From Priapulus caudatus (lineage: Eukaryota), in contig NW_014577067.1 in NCBI RefSeq assembly GCF_000485595.1, positions 312,564 to 376,563 of the forward strand: a stretch of 64,000 nt of DNA, read 5' to 3'. Of this stretch, positions 25,545-39,438 are shown in pieces. A program made the position numbers and the translations under genes. The number at the start of each line of letters is the position of its first letter. Positions within the stretch are counted from its first letter, which is position 1. The notes beneath the pieces are model-generated. The model had not been told where the DNA came from, searched no databases, and worked only from the letters and a program-made list of their open reading frames with translations.

Positions 25545-28425
25545 ATGGAGTGGATATAATACAATGTCAGGTAGTCCAGAACCGGAAATAACCATTGTGG
25601 TTATTCCATCATGGTTACTCCCCATGATGGAATTCCATGATGGAATTCCATCATTCCATCGTGGTTACTCCCCATCATAAATGTCCCCGCACATGATTAC
25701 GACACCATCTGGGCAGCCATAACGAGGCGCTAAGACTTAGTTAGACATCTTGAGCAAAAATATACTATTATGACTTTCGATAAACAACTGTACTGCAAGG
25801 CAAAATTGCTTCAATGGGATTCCAACACGAATCTCTCTTGAAGGATTTCACATACAACTCAACTTCGCAAACGTCATTGGTCAACATATGGCTGACTCGG
25901 GCCTAGAAGATATATGGATCGAGAGTGGTGTCTTCGGATCCAATACTGCAGCAAATATAATGAAAGGGAAGATGTGGAATCGCATATTCCGTGGCACGGA
26001 ATCCGTGCACGGAATCCGTGCACACAAACTGACATTTAAAGCATTGTGGATTACATTATATCCACAGCTTCTGGCGTGGGCTGAAGAATCTGAACTCAAC
26101 ATTGATGTTGATGAACTAATGGCTCTCTCGTCGTGGTGTCAAAGTGTGAAGAGCTCATGCGTCTTGTCAGGAAATGCGATGATGCACATTCCGATGACCC
26201 GACTTTGGTGATGTGGAGGCAGTATATGAAACTCGTCAGAATCCTACTTCGGTTTACACGAGCACTGAGATGTCGAGATTGGCATCTGTATCTCTCGTCA
26301 TTTGCGGAAATGCTACCGTGGTTCGCGATATATAACCATATTACTACAGCAGATGAGGACCGGTGTTTCTGATCGAAGTAAAACTGCACCAGAGGTATAC
26401 AGAGGATTTCTTCAGGGTGACTTTGTGGTTAAAAAAACAAAGCATACATTCAATCAACTTCCCGATGACCAAGGTCTTGAACATTTCAACAAACTTGGGG
26501 AAGTTGCTGGAGGTCTTATTGGCATTACGCAAGATACCTCTGCCTTACATCGATGGAGTATTACTTTCAACGAAAGGGCTAGACTAGCAGAGGATACATA
26601 TTCATTGTTTGGAATACATCAGGAAAACAATGAAAGTGAATATTGTCACAAAGAGTGTGGCCCTTCACGACCAGTACGGGATAGGTCTGACATGAATAAA
26701 ATAGCTGAACAGTTACAACGCTTTGCTGCATACAGTCCACAGAGTGAACTCATTCAGATTGCCACGGGAGATGTTGCTACAGATTACATTAAATCAGACA
26801 TATGTGGTGCCAAGACGAAAGAGCTGGAACAACTGAAATCGTTTGTAGAAACAACTTTCACGATACCATTACGAAAAACAAGTCAAAAACAATGACCTCG
26901 ATATATAAATCTGAAACACAGAGAAATACACCGAAGGCAAACGTGAAATCAAACCGCGAACTTTTTTGTTGTCTGTTAACGACAAAGGAATCTGGACGAG
27001 AAGTAGATATGGAGAAAATGCTTCACCAGGAATTTTGTGCAGTTCCTCTATGACTTTGCACATCAGACGGCAAGTTGCGAAAAGCGGACAAATTGCAACT
27101 AATGAATATTCTGTCGAAAGATGCATCCCAGCCAGATTTGCCTATCAGTGACATCGTTAAAACATGTACCATTATTGATGGTATGGCAGTGGTACAATCT
27201 ATTAGGAAACCGACAGCAGCAGTTACGTTTGGTGAATTAGCAGATGTGTTTGTGAACTGTGTGAAGTCACACGGTAGAAATTCAGACAGGATAGATATTA
27301 TATAATATATTTGATCGATACGAGGATAATTCTATTAAAGAAGGTACACGAGAAAGACGACGATCTGGGACAAAACAAATTAGGAGGTTGATTACAGGTA
27401 AAGACACAAAACTTCCTCAGAACTGGAAGACATTTATCACTCTCGCTGAAAACAAAGCCGATCTTGCTCGTTTCTTGTCAGAGGAATTGATCATCTCTAG
27501 TGAACTTGGCGGTAAAGAGATATAATTGTGAGTGGAGGGTTTACAAAAATAACGAAAACCATATGTACCTCAGAACATGATGTGTCAACACTTTCAACAA
27601 ACCACGAGGAGGCTGACACGCAAATTGTTCTTTATGCGTGCGATGCTGCAGACCACGGATATGAGCGAACGATTGTAGTTTGCAGGGATACCGATGTGTT
27701 AGTGATGTTAACAGTATTTTTGGTAAAGTTGTCACAGGAGGTTTGGATGAAGGCAGGAACTTCAAAATCTTCTCGCATGATAAGAGTCCATGACATTGCA
27801 ATAAACAACAACACTCGAAAGGGATTGTTAGCTTTTCATGCGCTAACGGGAAGTGACACGACGAGTCAGTTTGCAGGAATTTCTAAAAACACTGCATGGA
27901 AAATATTCGTTGAAGATTCAGAGCGCATTCATGGGTTGGAACAGAATGTACCACTATCACATAGATTGCTATCATCAGTGGAAGCATTTATAATGCATGA
28001 TGTAATCTGTATGACCAACGACAACATCGGTAGTCATACAGGAGATTCGCTTGTCGAAGTTCTTCCAATGCAAGACGAATATTGACTATTTGCCACCAAC
28101 GAAAGACGCACTGGTACTACATTGTCATCGAGCGCCACTGCTCAGAGCCTCATTGGAATCAGTGTGTAGATAGTACTCAGAGCATTCCTTCGGCATTGAC
28201 TGCGGTTGGTATATGCAGGATGGATTCTGAAACCACGGCTCATGACACTGAATCCACTTCGTGCCAATACTATTGCAATAAAGACATGTGGCTGTAGTAA
28301 GGGTCGACGGACCTTGTTGCCGTACACGTAGCTGTACATGTACCAAAAACAATGTGCTGCACCGGTGCGTGCAAATGCAACATGGCCTGTATGAACCCAT
28401 ACAACAATGTTCTTGGGGTGTGACT
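25545..28425 (+). mobile_element. Degenerate 5'-truncated Academ transposase-XPG-Cys finger pseudogene (family 2, copy 2)
   Basis: Motifs FDKQLY, GFH..IGQHMADSGL, RAHKLT, DQGLEH, IIDGMAVVQ, HEEADT, DTDV, HALTGSDTTSQF and a terminal Cys cluster; several frameshifts. Confidence 0.85.
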
Positions 28426-28509
28426 GTTTTAAAACTACTATTCTGACAATTCTGGTATGCTTATATATGTTTTTATGTTGGCTTAGACTGTTGAATAGTA
28501 ATGGAGTAA

Positions 28510-30063
28510 CAAGTTCAAGTTCAAGTAAAATTTATTTTCATCGGTATATCATGAACATTGTAACATAAGCTAAGAGCTTTTGGCACCGATATCAAACAGA
28601 AATAAAAATATTGATTAAACATAATAAAAACTGCGTAACTGCAGTGTTACTATTCACATAGGCCTAATTGGCCGTATTGCCTTTAAACTTAATCAACAAT
28701 ATATCAATATATCACATGTCAATTAGCGACACATTGAGCATCTTCACCTGTACCCACCCCACGTTTCGAGTAGCCTTCTAAACACGTTGAAGTTCTCACT
28801 CCGACGTATACATTTCGGTAAATCGTTCCATATTCAGCTCCTTCATACTTTTTCTTTAGCTTTTCTTACCACAAGTGGCTCTTTCGAAACGTGGGATGTG
28901 TACACGGTAATTAAAACTATATCTGGACTCATTCGATCTTTACAACAAGATCGTGGAGGTATACAGGCCGATCTTTAGTGAGAATTTTAAAAACTTCAAT
29001 GGTATGAGCTTTTGTCTTTGTAGTTTGAGACCGACTGATTGTTTCTTGCTATAAGTCCTAATTGAACTGTCATAGTCACTGCTGAGTCATTATACACAAG
29101 TTTTAATGCTGTATAATGAGCTTTTTAGCTTTTTTCTGTTTGCTTTATCACAAAAGTGCCATATAATAGGGCAAAAGTTAAAATCTGAGCTGATAAAAGA
29201 CGAATATATTATTTTCTTGCAACTAACAGGCAGATGCCGTCCGATACGTTTTAGTGCATTTATTTGCCTGGCCACCTTTTGACACAGCTTTGAAATGTGC
29301 CCACCAAAGTTGAGTTTAAAATCAATGGTCACACCCAGCAATTTTACTTCATGGGTGCATTTAATATCCGTCCCCCCAACAGTGAAGTGGGGGCATCGAT
29401 CATAGGTTTTCTTCCCAATCGCAATGCCCTGAAACTTGGCAGGGTTTGCCTGCATTTGATTTTTGGAAAACCAGTCGATCAGCACCTCCGCCTCAGTCTC
29501 GAGGGTATGTTTCATATCTACAAAGTCTTCACTAGAGTAGGAAATGGTATTGTCATCTGCATAGTTACATAAACTGGCGTCATTCATAAAATAAAATATA
29601 TCATTTATAAATATGTTAAATATCACTATCAGTGGACCTAGTATGGATCCCTGCGGTATTCCTTTTTGCAGGTATAGAAAGTCACTGCAACGATTACCCA
29701 TGCGTACACACTGTTTGCGATCTGTCAAATGCTTTTGTATAAGATTTACAGCACTGTTGTCCACATTGTATGCTTTTAGCTTCTCAAAAATCAGTGCGTG
29801 AGGCAAGCAGTCATAAGCCTTCGACAAATCCATTAAGATAGCACCAACAAAATGACCCCGGTCGAGAGCCCATCTCCACTCCTCTGTCAGCGCTATTAGA
29901 GCGGATTGGCAGCTGTACCCTTTGCGATACGCCGAGAGGTATGGGTGAAAGAGTTCCTGAAAGTGGTCACTAAGTTGGTCCGCGATTGCCCTCTCAAACA
30001 GTTTGGATACTATAGGTAGTATACTGATTGGTCTGTAGTTATCCTTAATCAATGTATCATCTT
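28510..30063 (-). mobile_element. LINE 3' part (RT domain), copy 2, cut off at the assembly gap
   Basis: ORF 29090-30052: NYRPISILP, LMDLSKAYD, GIPQGSILGP, YADD, LLGVTID. Confidence 0.92.
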
Positions 30064-30073
30064 TTTATAGCGG

Positions 30074-30110
30074 NNNNNNNNNNACATACATACATACATA
30101 CATACATACA

Positions 30111-30144
<34 letters not shown>

Positions 30145-30150
30145 AATACA
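30074..30150. other. Assembly gap followed by (CATA)n
   Basis: 10 Ns, then a tetranucleotide repeat. Confidence 0.95.
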
Positions 30151-30496
30151 TACACATAGCGGGTAGCAGATGCACACGTGTGCGAACTGGTTTCGCGTGC
30201 ATGCGTCCGTGTGTGTATATAGCAGCTTCCCACTTATAACAAGTTACAGTAATAGACAGTATACGGCCTGTAAGCAAATTAACCGAGTCTCGTTGCGCGC
30301 GTGAACAGCCAATAAGAATTATGTTGACGTAAGAGCTGTTTACGTGTGAGGCAGAGACGAAGAGAACGTGAATGTTCAGTAGGGGGAAATTCCTGGGTTA
30401 TTTTCGCAGTGATATGTGTGGTTGTTATCGACATTTGCGTAGTACATCAAGTGAGTCATTTAAGACTCATATGCCGTGGTGGGGACCACTTCTTTA

Positions 30497-30882
30497 TATC
30501 ATCGTCATAATAATAATAATCAACGTCATCATCATCATCATCATCATCATTATCATCATAATCGTCATAATAATAATAATCAACGTCATCATCATCATCA
30601 TCGGCATCATCATAATAATCAACGTCATCATCATCATCATCGTCACATAAATACTACTACTACTACTACCAATAATAATAATTATCATCATCATCATCAT
30701 CGTCATCATCATTATGACTAACACCACCATCATCATCGTCGTCGTCGTCATCGTCTTTGTCGTCGTCGTTGTTGTTGTCGTTGTCGTCATCATCATCGTC
30801 GTTGTCATCTTCATCATCGTTTTCTGTCATCTTCTTCTTCCCTTTCGTCTTCTTCTCCTCATCCTCCTCCTTCTCCTCCTCC

Positions 30883-30917
<35 letters not shown>

Positions 30918-30975
30918 CTCCTCCTCCTCCTCCTCCTCTTCCTCCTCCTCCTCCTTCTTCTTCTTCTTCTTCTTC
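30497..30975. repeat. Compound trinucleotide repeats (ATC/AAT/GTC/TCC/TTC)
   Basis: Direct reading. Confidence 0.92.
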
Positions 30976-31117
30976 ACCCCATTCTCCACATTCTCTTTCT
31001 TCTGATAGGGACTACTCGCCTCCTAATATACGCTTGCTGACCGTATGTGTGTGTCCGTTATATCTACCTATAGTGCTGCATCTATCTCTCTCTAACCACC
31101 ATAATTATACACAGCCT

Positions 31118-31401
31118 GTTATGCTAGCATCTATGGCAAATACGACATACGCATAATTAATTATACGCTCTCCTATGACACTATTTGTCATAGAAATATT
31201 CTTCCTGTGACAAATATTGTTGTATGTGTTGTGCGCATCATAGGAGTTTAGGAGCGCTATTATGAACGCAAGCAGTAAATTTCAGCTGTAAAGCGGAACG
31301 AAGTTAACTCGCCAATATTTGTCATAGGAAGAATCTTCCTATATGACAAATAGTGTCATAGGAGAGCGTGTGTCGTATTTGTCATAGATGCTAGCAGAAC
31401 A
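31118..31401. mobile_element. MITE-like inverted-repeat element
   Basis: TGTTATGCTAGCATCTATGGCAAATACGACA... mirrored by ...TGTCGTATTTGTCATAGATGCTAGCAGAACA; internal TGACAAATA motifs. Confidence 0.75.
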
Positions 31402-31414
31402 TGTTGATATACAG

Positions 31415-33290
31415 GGGTTCTCCACTATTGAAAATGTGGGTATATAGCCACCAACATTATGTCTCTACGACGTCTGGGACTCCAGATATTTCAGAAAATC
31501 CATTTTCGCTGGCGGTTATTTTGGATTTCAAGATGGCCGCCACAATACGCAAAAGTCAGCCCGGAAACATACCCAGTGAAACTACCCAAGTATCCTAGAA
31601 ATTATATTTACCCGTTTCCAGCCTCTACCCGAAAAGTTTAGGGTCATCCTTATTTTGGATATCTGCCCCCTGACTACCTCTGTCGTCTGGAGATTCTGAA
31701 CCTATTTGGAGACGCTGCCATCTGGAGATGCTAACTGATGATCCTACTTGGAGAATATTACGTCACCGTTAGCACATTACCGACCGACGACACTGCTCGA
31801 AGGATTCAACATAGGCCAGCCTCCACCCTCTACTACTATCTGCTAATAGGAGCCACCCTGAGATTACGAACCAACACGTACCTGCACAAGCCAGCCACCA
31901 CTATACACTCGTAAGATCACCGCTACACTGATTGTCACTGACTATCCGAAACTATTCTGTTTGTTAAATATATACATTATTTTATACAGCGCCATCCTAT
32001 GTTTCTCTAAGTGTGATAATTCTGGGTATGTTTCCGGGCTGACTTTTGCGTATTGTGGCGCCCATCTTGAAATCCAAAATGACCGCCAGCGAAAATGGAT
32101 TTTCTGAAATATCTAGACTCCTAGACATCGTAGAGACATAATGTTGGTGGCTATACCCACATTTTCGATAGTGGAGAACCCAATTATTACACTTAGAGAA
32201 ACATAGGATGGCGGCCATATTGGATTTCAAGATCGTCGCCAGTAAAATTTGTTTATTTTGAATAACTAAACTCCAAGACGTCGTAGAAACATAATTTTGG
32301 TGTCTAAACTCACAACTTTGCCGAAAACATTGTTAGCATCACTAACACATCGGTATCCCTGCAAACTACAATCGTTCGCTCATATCCGTGGTCTGCAGCA
32401 TCGCACGCATGAAGAACAATTCGCGTATCAGCCTCCTCGTGGTTTGCTGAGTGTTGACACATCACGTTCCGAGGTATATATGGTTTTCGTTATTTCCGTA
32501 AACCCTCCACTCACAATTATCTCTTTACCGCCAAGTTCACTAGAGATGATCCATTCCTCTGACAAGAAACGAGCAAGATCGGCTTTGTTTTCAGCGAGAG
32601 TGATGAATGTCTTCCAGTTCTGAGGGAGTTTTGAGTCTTTATACCTGTAATCAACCGCCTAATTTGTTTTGTCCCTGATCGTCGTCTTCCTCGTGTACCT
32701 TCTTATTGTAATTGCAATTCTCCTCGTATCGATCAAATTTAATATCTATCCTGTCTGAATTTCTACCGTGTGACTTCACACAGTTCACAAACACATCTGC
32801 TAAGTCACCAAACGTAACTGCTGCTGTCGGTTTCCCAATGGATTGTACCACTGCCATACCATCAATAATGGTACATGTGTTAACGATGTCACTGATAGGC
32901 AAATCTGGCTGGGATGCATCTTTTGACAGAATATTTATTAGTTGTGATTAGTACGATATTTAGGATTTTAGTTATTCAAACAAAATAAACCAATTTCATT
33001 GGCGGCCATCTTGAAATCCAAGATGGCCGCCATCCTATGCTTTTCTAAGTGTCATAACTGGGTTCTCCACTATCCGAAATGTGGGTATAGACACCAAAAT
33101 TATGTCTCTACGACGTCTTGGAGTCTAGTTATTCAAAATAAACAAATTTCACTGGCGGCGATCTTGAAATCCAATATGGCCTGGAACTACCCAAGTATCC
33201 TAGAAATGATATTTACCCGTTTCCAGCCTCTACCCAAAAAGTTTAGGGTCATCCTTATTTTAACTTTTTTTGAAATCTGCCCCCTGACTT
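31415..33290. mobile_element. Rearranged Academ family 2 fragments
   Basis: + strand terminus 31415-31676 ending GACTA; inverted subterminal and XPG-coding fragments ~31990-32950; internally deleted + strand terminus ~32960-33290. Confidence 0.78.
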
Positions 33291-34304
33291 ATATATGGAT
33301 ATCAAGATTCAAGATGTCATATTATATTCGCCATTTTGGTAATCAGCAGATTTGTTTGCTTGCGCGTCAGCCACCCAGCCTACCAGATGTAGCCCCGCGG
33401 TTTGAACCACTGGGCTATATCTAAGCCCGAGTTACATATATACAGAGACCAGTGGTTTGAACGAGAATTGAGGGTTACTGTGCCGGCTGCTCTATTATTG
33501 CTGATGCGAACTGGTAATCTACTGGCTGCATGGCTTGCCACTGAGTCTGAGCGTACGTATGTCCGTTACATGGCTGGATAATTGAGCCTCGACGGACCAA
33601 GGACTGCACTTTACCCAGCGCTGCCCGTATTTCAGATGAAATATACATCGTCACACGTGGACGCGACTCCTTCGTTATCTGCGCCAGTGGGAAGATACAG
33701 AAATCTTGTAACTTAATGTAATACTAATACACAAGTATTGTGCAGAAAAATCGATTATAGTCACGAAATCAAATTGTTACGGAGAATATGAAGAGCGAGA
33801 CAAATTACGAGGACCCATCTACTGTGACTGTAAATATCAACCCGTGTTTTGAGTAGACGGCTTTACTAGACAAGCCGGGAATTAATTAGCAACATTACTC
33901 GGCTTATTATACTTACTGGCGATGTATAGATTTAGATTTTAGAGAAATGATTTCATATAGATTTTTAGTATTACATAGCCAACTTTGTTTTAATGTCATT
34001 TTACCTCATAGTTAGTGATATATCTCACATTGTTCAGTCGGTTGTGATATTGATGTGCTGCGCCTTTGATCATTTTATGTAAAAAGGCGTTATATAAATA
34101 AATATAATAATAATAATATTATTATTATTATATGTTACTTTTTTTCGGTTAAACTCCCTCCTTCGCCTTCGACTGAAACATTTCTTAAAATTCCTAGCTC
34201 ATCACACAAATTTGAAAATCCTTTTAAGTGAGCTGATTAGACCTAGGCCACTCACACCGGACTAAGACCTAGGCCACTCGGCTGTAGACAGCCTTAAAGG
34301 AACT

Positions 34305-34600
34305 GCTGTGCATGCTCGTGTGGTTAGTGTGTCCACCGTTCACTGCGAAGGCTGTGAGTTCAAACCCTATGCCAGGACAGTAAAGGTGTAAAAACATGAC
34401 TCTCTGCATTGCAGACTATGAATCCCTCGTGGCGCGGAGGACCACGTGAAATGGCGGGCGCGTCTGCAGTAATGGGAACGTAAAAGAATCAGTGAGGACG
34501 TGAAAACCTCTGTGACCACCCGCAGTGTCAGCAGAGAGGTCGGCATGGCGTAATACGCTAGAGCTAACTAGTGAATGAGACCTCAACTTCCTCCTAACTA
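34305..34600 (+). mobile_element. tRNA-derived SINE, possibly Deu/Nin-domain type
   Basis: A-box-like TGCTCGTGTGGTTAG, B-box GAGTTCAAACC, central ...CGTCTGCAGTAATGGGAACGTAAAAGAATC resembling the Deu/Nin core. Confidence 0.6.
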
Positions 34601-35030
34601 TATGCAGTTAATTAGTTAATGGATTGTGACCATTTGTCGAAACACGCTGATGCTAATGCGTAGTGTGTTCAACAGCGACCTCGTAGGCGTGCACTTGTTT
34701 CCGAGTGATTGCTAACCAGATTTCATGCTCCCCGTCAAGCCACTCTAATCAATTTAATTTACCGACATGTATGCGTCCGTCGTCGAGCGGATTTGCGTAA
34801 ATTTCACGCTCGTGCAGTCGAGATTAGCTCTTCTTAAAAATCCCATACGGTTAGTAAAATTTTGATGCATCGTAGGAAGCTGACACACACATGTATACGG
34901 TCGCACGAAAGCTCGCGCACGCGTATGAGCAGACTGGTAGACAGATATTCATGATCAGTCGAGCTGAAATGTGGGCAGAGGCAGATGGACAGATAGATAG
35001 ACAAATAAGTTGACAAACACGCATGCAGAC

Positions 35031-35071
<41 letters not shown>

Positions 35072-36529
35072 CGATTATATTTCAATCGCTTTTTAAACAA
35101 GCAAGACCCGAACCTAGCCCATGTATCATAGATTTTCAAGATGTAAAGGTAAAAAGCCCGTAAAATACCAGTAAAGGTACCCGTTTAAGTACAACCTAAA
35201 TCATCCGATTCTTGTTGGGTTACACCAGACCTTTTTACCCCTGAATCGTATTATATTGAAATAATATTTACTTCCGCATAAAGATGGGCTTAATGATTGA
35301 ACTCTGCAAGGCTGAAATTTCGTTCCAATTTAATACCAATGCTATGATTGCTGGTATTCTAGAAAGTAGCTCTCGATGTTTGGAGATTTGTTGGTGATAG
35401 CAGTGGCCATACATGGTATTACTGTTAGATACTGCAGCCACTGTTCTTTAAGTGCTCCTAATTTAATGAAAATGTAAAGTATCGCGTTAATTGGTGTGAT
35501 GTGACCCATTGGCGAACGCCCTAAAGCACTAGCATTCAGCACCTATTTAAACTACATTTACATACTTCCCATTAATTTGCTCTTTCCGACTTCGATTTCA
35601 CAACAATTTCCACGTAAAATTAGCATCGCCATTTGGTAAATAATAGGCAGGCGTTGGGCACAAATAAATACGTAAGAAAATTCGTCATAACTTTGTGCAA
35701 TAAATCCCCAATTCATGCTTAAGTTGAGAACTCGTCGCAACTTAGTACTGTACAAGTCCCATGATTAGAAGGCATTTCTATCGTGTTGCACGACAATCGG
35801 TTGTGATTTCCCGTTAATTCTCTCTGAGTGCATTGATGCGTGACATGATTGCGAAAGGTGAACGCTAAAGCTGTATATATCTCAATCAATATACATGAGG
35901 TTCGTCACTTTCTATCGGAAGAACCCGCGCATGCGCTCTGCCAACATTCCTACTCGCCTCAATTTCTAATCTCATTACGGCCAGATTTCACTTTACGAGA
36001 CACAGAGAGAATAAATCTGGTCGCGCGCGCTGCATGGCTGTTGCTATAGTTCGTCTATACGCACGACGTAGTTAAAGATGGCAGCTTCTCGTGAAAGTGA
36101 GATGAAAGGGCATATCGGCCGCCTTGACAGCCCGACGAATCTGTACTTAGTTAGACGAAAGGTTCGATGTCATCGGGCTGGACGTAACCCCTCTCCCCTC
36201 CCAGCTATACGCTACCATCCAAATGTTGATCAGAGCTGATAGGTGACAGACATCGATGAAAACACAACACTTTATAAATGACTGTAGAGAAGGTTGTAGT
36301 TTTTTGGAATTCAAACCGTCGATAGCAATGTGAACGAGTGGAGATGGGGGATGGATATGGAAAGAGAGATGGAGAGGTAGATGGAGTGGGAGATGTATGC
36401 AAATGGAGGAAAAAATAGCGGGGAAGATATAAAGTCAGAAAATATATACGGTCCAGAAAGAGAGAAGTGGAGATAGAGTTCGAGAAAACGAGACATTGAG
36501 ATGGAAAGAGTGATAGCGAAAGCGAGAGA

Positions 36530-36700
36530 GGGGAAGAGGTGGAGGAGGAGGAGGAGGAGGAGGAGGATGGGGAGGAGGAGGAGGAGGAGGAGGAGGAGGA
36601 GGAGGAGGAGGAGGAGGAGGAGAAGGGTGGGGAGGAGGATGAGATGGAGGAGGAAGACGAGCAGGGGGAGGAAGAGGAGGAGGAGGAGCAGATGATGACG
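36530..36700. repeat. (GAG)n trinucleotide repeat
   Basis: Direct reading. Confidence 0.92.
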
Positions 36701-39257
36701 AGGAACAGAAACACAGTAAAAGGAAAAAAGCGCTTGAATGTAAAGAGAGGGGCGCTGGATGAACCTTGATGGCTATGATATAGAGACGGGGAAATATAGA
36801 AAACGCAAAGCCATAGCGCGTCGCCCTAAACTATCCCTTATAGATGTTGGTAAACACACGACGCAGCTACTCTACCCCTAACCTCTGCGAGAAACGTGAT
36901 TTTCTTTCGACGTGCGCTATACAAACGCCGCCCCATCGCGCAGAATGCTCGCCGTTATTATTCCTACTTGCGCATCGTCATGTCAGTGCTGATTGCTCGG
37001 GATAATGTTACAAGGCTTCATTAACATCTTCAAACCGCTCGCGGAGGCTTTAATGCCATTACACGAATCCGCCGATATGCTGCCGAGCGGCACTCGCGTC
37101 ACGTAACTTTAATGGTGTCGCGAACTATAAATTGCTAGGGGCGAGCGATGTCTCACGATCCTTGCTTAAACAACGTTGACCATTAAGCAGCGAGAGTCCA
37201 CAAGCTAATTTCTGCTGAAAGGACTCGTTTGCGTTTAATCGGAGAGCTAAGTAAATAGAGGTCGTCGTTACACGATCGATAGCAAAACTCACGTGCCGGT
37301 CGGTGTTAGCCAGACGCAATTTGGGCGCCATCATTTAAAAACAGCCCACGAGTATTTTGCGCCGTGGTTGAAAGCGATATTTTAATGGCGGTGTTTATTA
37401 CACTCAATTATAACACGCAACAATAATGCCTCCTCCTTGTGTGAAATATTTTTCTCATTATTTGTGATTTAATTTCATATATGCTAATATAAGAGAGTAA
37501 TTAAAATCATGCGATTTGAAGTTCATTGATTATAATTTCAACTGACAATATAAGACAGAAATGCATTGCAGAAAGAAAAGAATGCTTCAAACATTAAAGA
37601 ATTCTTTCATATTCGGCATCTTTGTATAATAATGTGGAGTAATACTGGTGTCATATACAAGTTAGAATAAGGGGCAATATTTGATATACATTGCATAACC
37701 CTTTGCGCTGTGTGGCAGCATGTTGTAGCTGCAATTGAAGGGAAACAGAAGAAGCAAAACAGGATCGTTGGTGACGCATGAAATTAGATGTAATGGGCAA
37801 TGCATTTCACTCTTAAAGCTACCAGAGCATATTTAGTACGGCAGAGTGGTTTTTGCGCGTGCGTGGGTTCATCCGTGCGTGCATGCGTGCGTGCGTGCAT
37901 GCATGCGTCCGTGCGTGCACGCGTCTATGTACAGTTCTTAGGCTGGTAATCTACCTCTTTTATGGTTCTGTATAATTTATGGTATTAACCTACGTGCATA
38001 CGCTGTAGTGCCATAGCGGTACCTGCGCAGATCGGAATCCTTCTAATAGAGCTGCTGTTACCGGAACTAAACACAATGAAAGGCAAACACCATGTAATAT
38101 TATTTCGCGGAAAATTGTAATATATATTATGAGGAAAGTGGAGAAGGAAGAGAGAGTAATCTAGTAAGCTCGCAGGCCCAGGAAGATCAATATTCCAATA
38201 CCCGAGCATGTTGCTATTGATTTAATTAATATTACATGAATTATTTATTGATTTGTCCGTCTAATATAGTTGTTGCGTCGCTATATGAACTGTTTGAGAA
38301 TTCCTCAGCGGGATGTATGAGCGGTCTACGAGTCATGTGTGCATGCACGAATGCACGCACGCGTGGGTGTCTGCGGATAATGTGTAATGTGCGTGTAAAT
38401 GCGCATTTGTGGAAAATCTTTACCGCAATGCACCGTACATGCTCGGTTACCTTTTTTCTGAGTAATTTTCTATACATGTTATTCATTATAGACACGTTGA
38501 TTTCACAATGCATGGGCTAAATTGAGGCTTGTGTAGGTAATAAAAGTGCACGCGTGCGCACGCACATCTAAACACGCGCATACATGCACGCGCGCATCAA
38601 ATAAATACAAATATATGCCATGCAGGAATCTAGAAGATAACCTGATATGTCATAATATAACATATTGCTACCGCGATTAGCGCGGCCAGGCGACAAGAAT
38701 GGCGATATCGCGGGCTGGCAATTGATTTCTGAACCGCGACGCGATAGGATGTGGCTAGAAAACACATTAGAGTCAACACTATACGGCTTCTGCGCGTGTC
38801 TGTGCGTGTACTCTCGAATATACATTCTACGAAATAGCCATCGATCATGCGAAGTATGCGTTCTGAAGAGACCAGCTGAGACGCTTTGAAAAGCGTTCAA
38901 AACAAACATTCTATATTTACTATGAAATGGGGCACATTTGGCCGTGTCGAAATAGACGCATTTCCACTTATTTGTTTGTGGCGTTTTACTGTCCGCCAAT
39001 ATCGAGTAGTCATGTTGGCGTCGGTTCGGCGCGTAAAGTGCATTACAGCATTACACCGTCTACAAAGGCCTACGTAAAAGGCAATATTGTGAGTCGTTTC
39101 TGGCCTCTGGGCTGGTACACAATACGATAATAAAAGCCCGAGATTTGGGCGTGAGTTCTAAATCACGTCATACAGACGACAGTTCGAGTTACGAAATTTT
39201 ATCGGAGCGTTTCTCGCTGGAGATTTTTACATTTACATAGAGGGATGGCAAGAAAGT

Positions 39258-39438
<181 letters not shown>

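Larger units (their letters stand above)
24811..34011 (+). repeat. Duplicated block, copy 2 (contains an N gap and a different middle)
   Basis: Same start and end sequences as copy 1; gap at 30074-30083. Confidence 0.85.

Noticed and set aside
30372..31040. Poly-His, poly-Glu and poly-Met ORFs
   Set aside because: Trinucleotide microsatellites with no splice or codon evidence
34305..34380. tRNA gene
   Set aside because: A and B boxes are present but I could not build a cloverleaf, and a SINE-like body follows
36205..36769. Poly-E/R/S ORFs
   Set aside because: (GAG)n repeat
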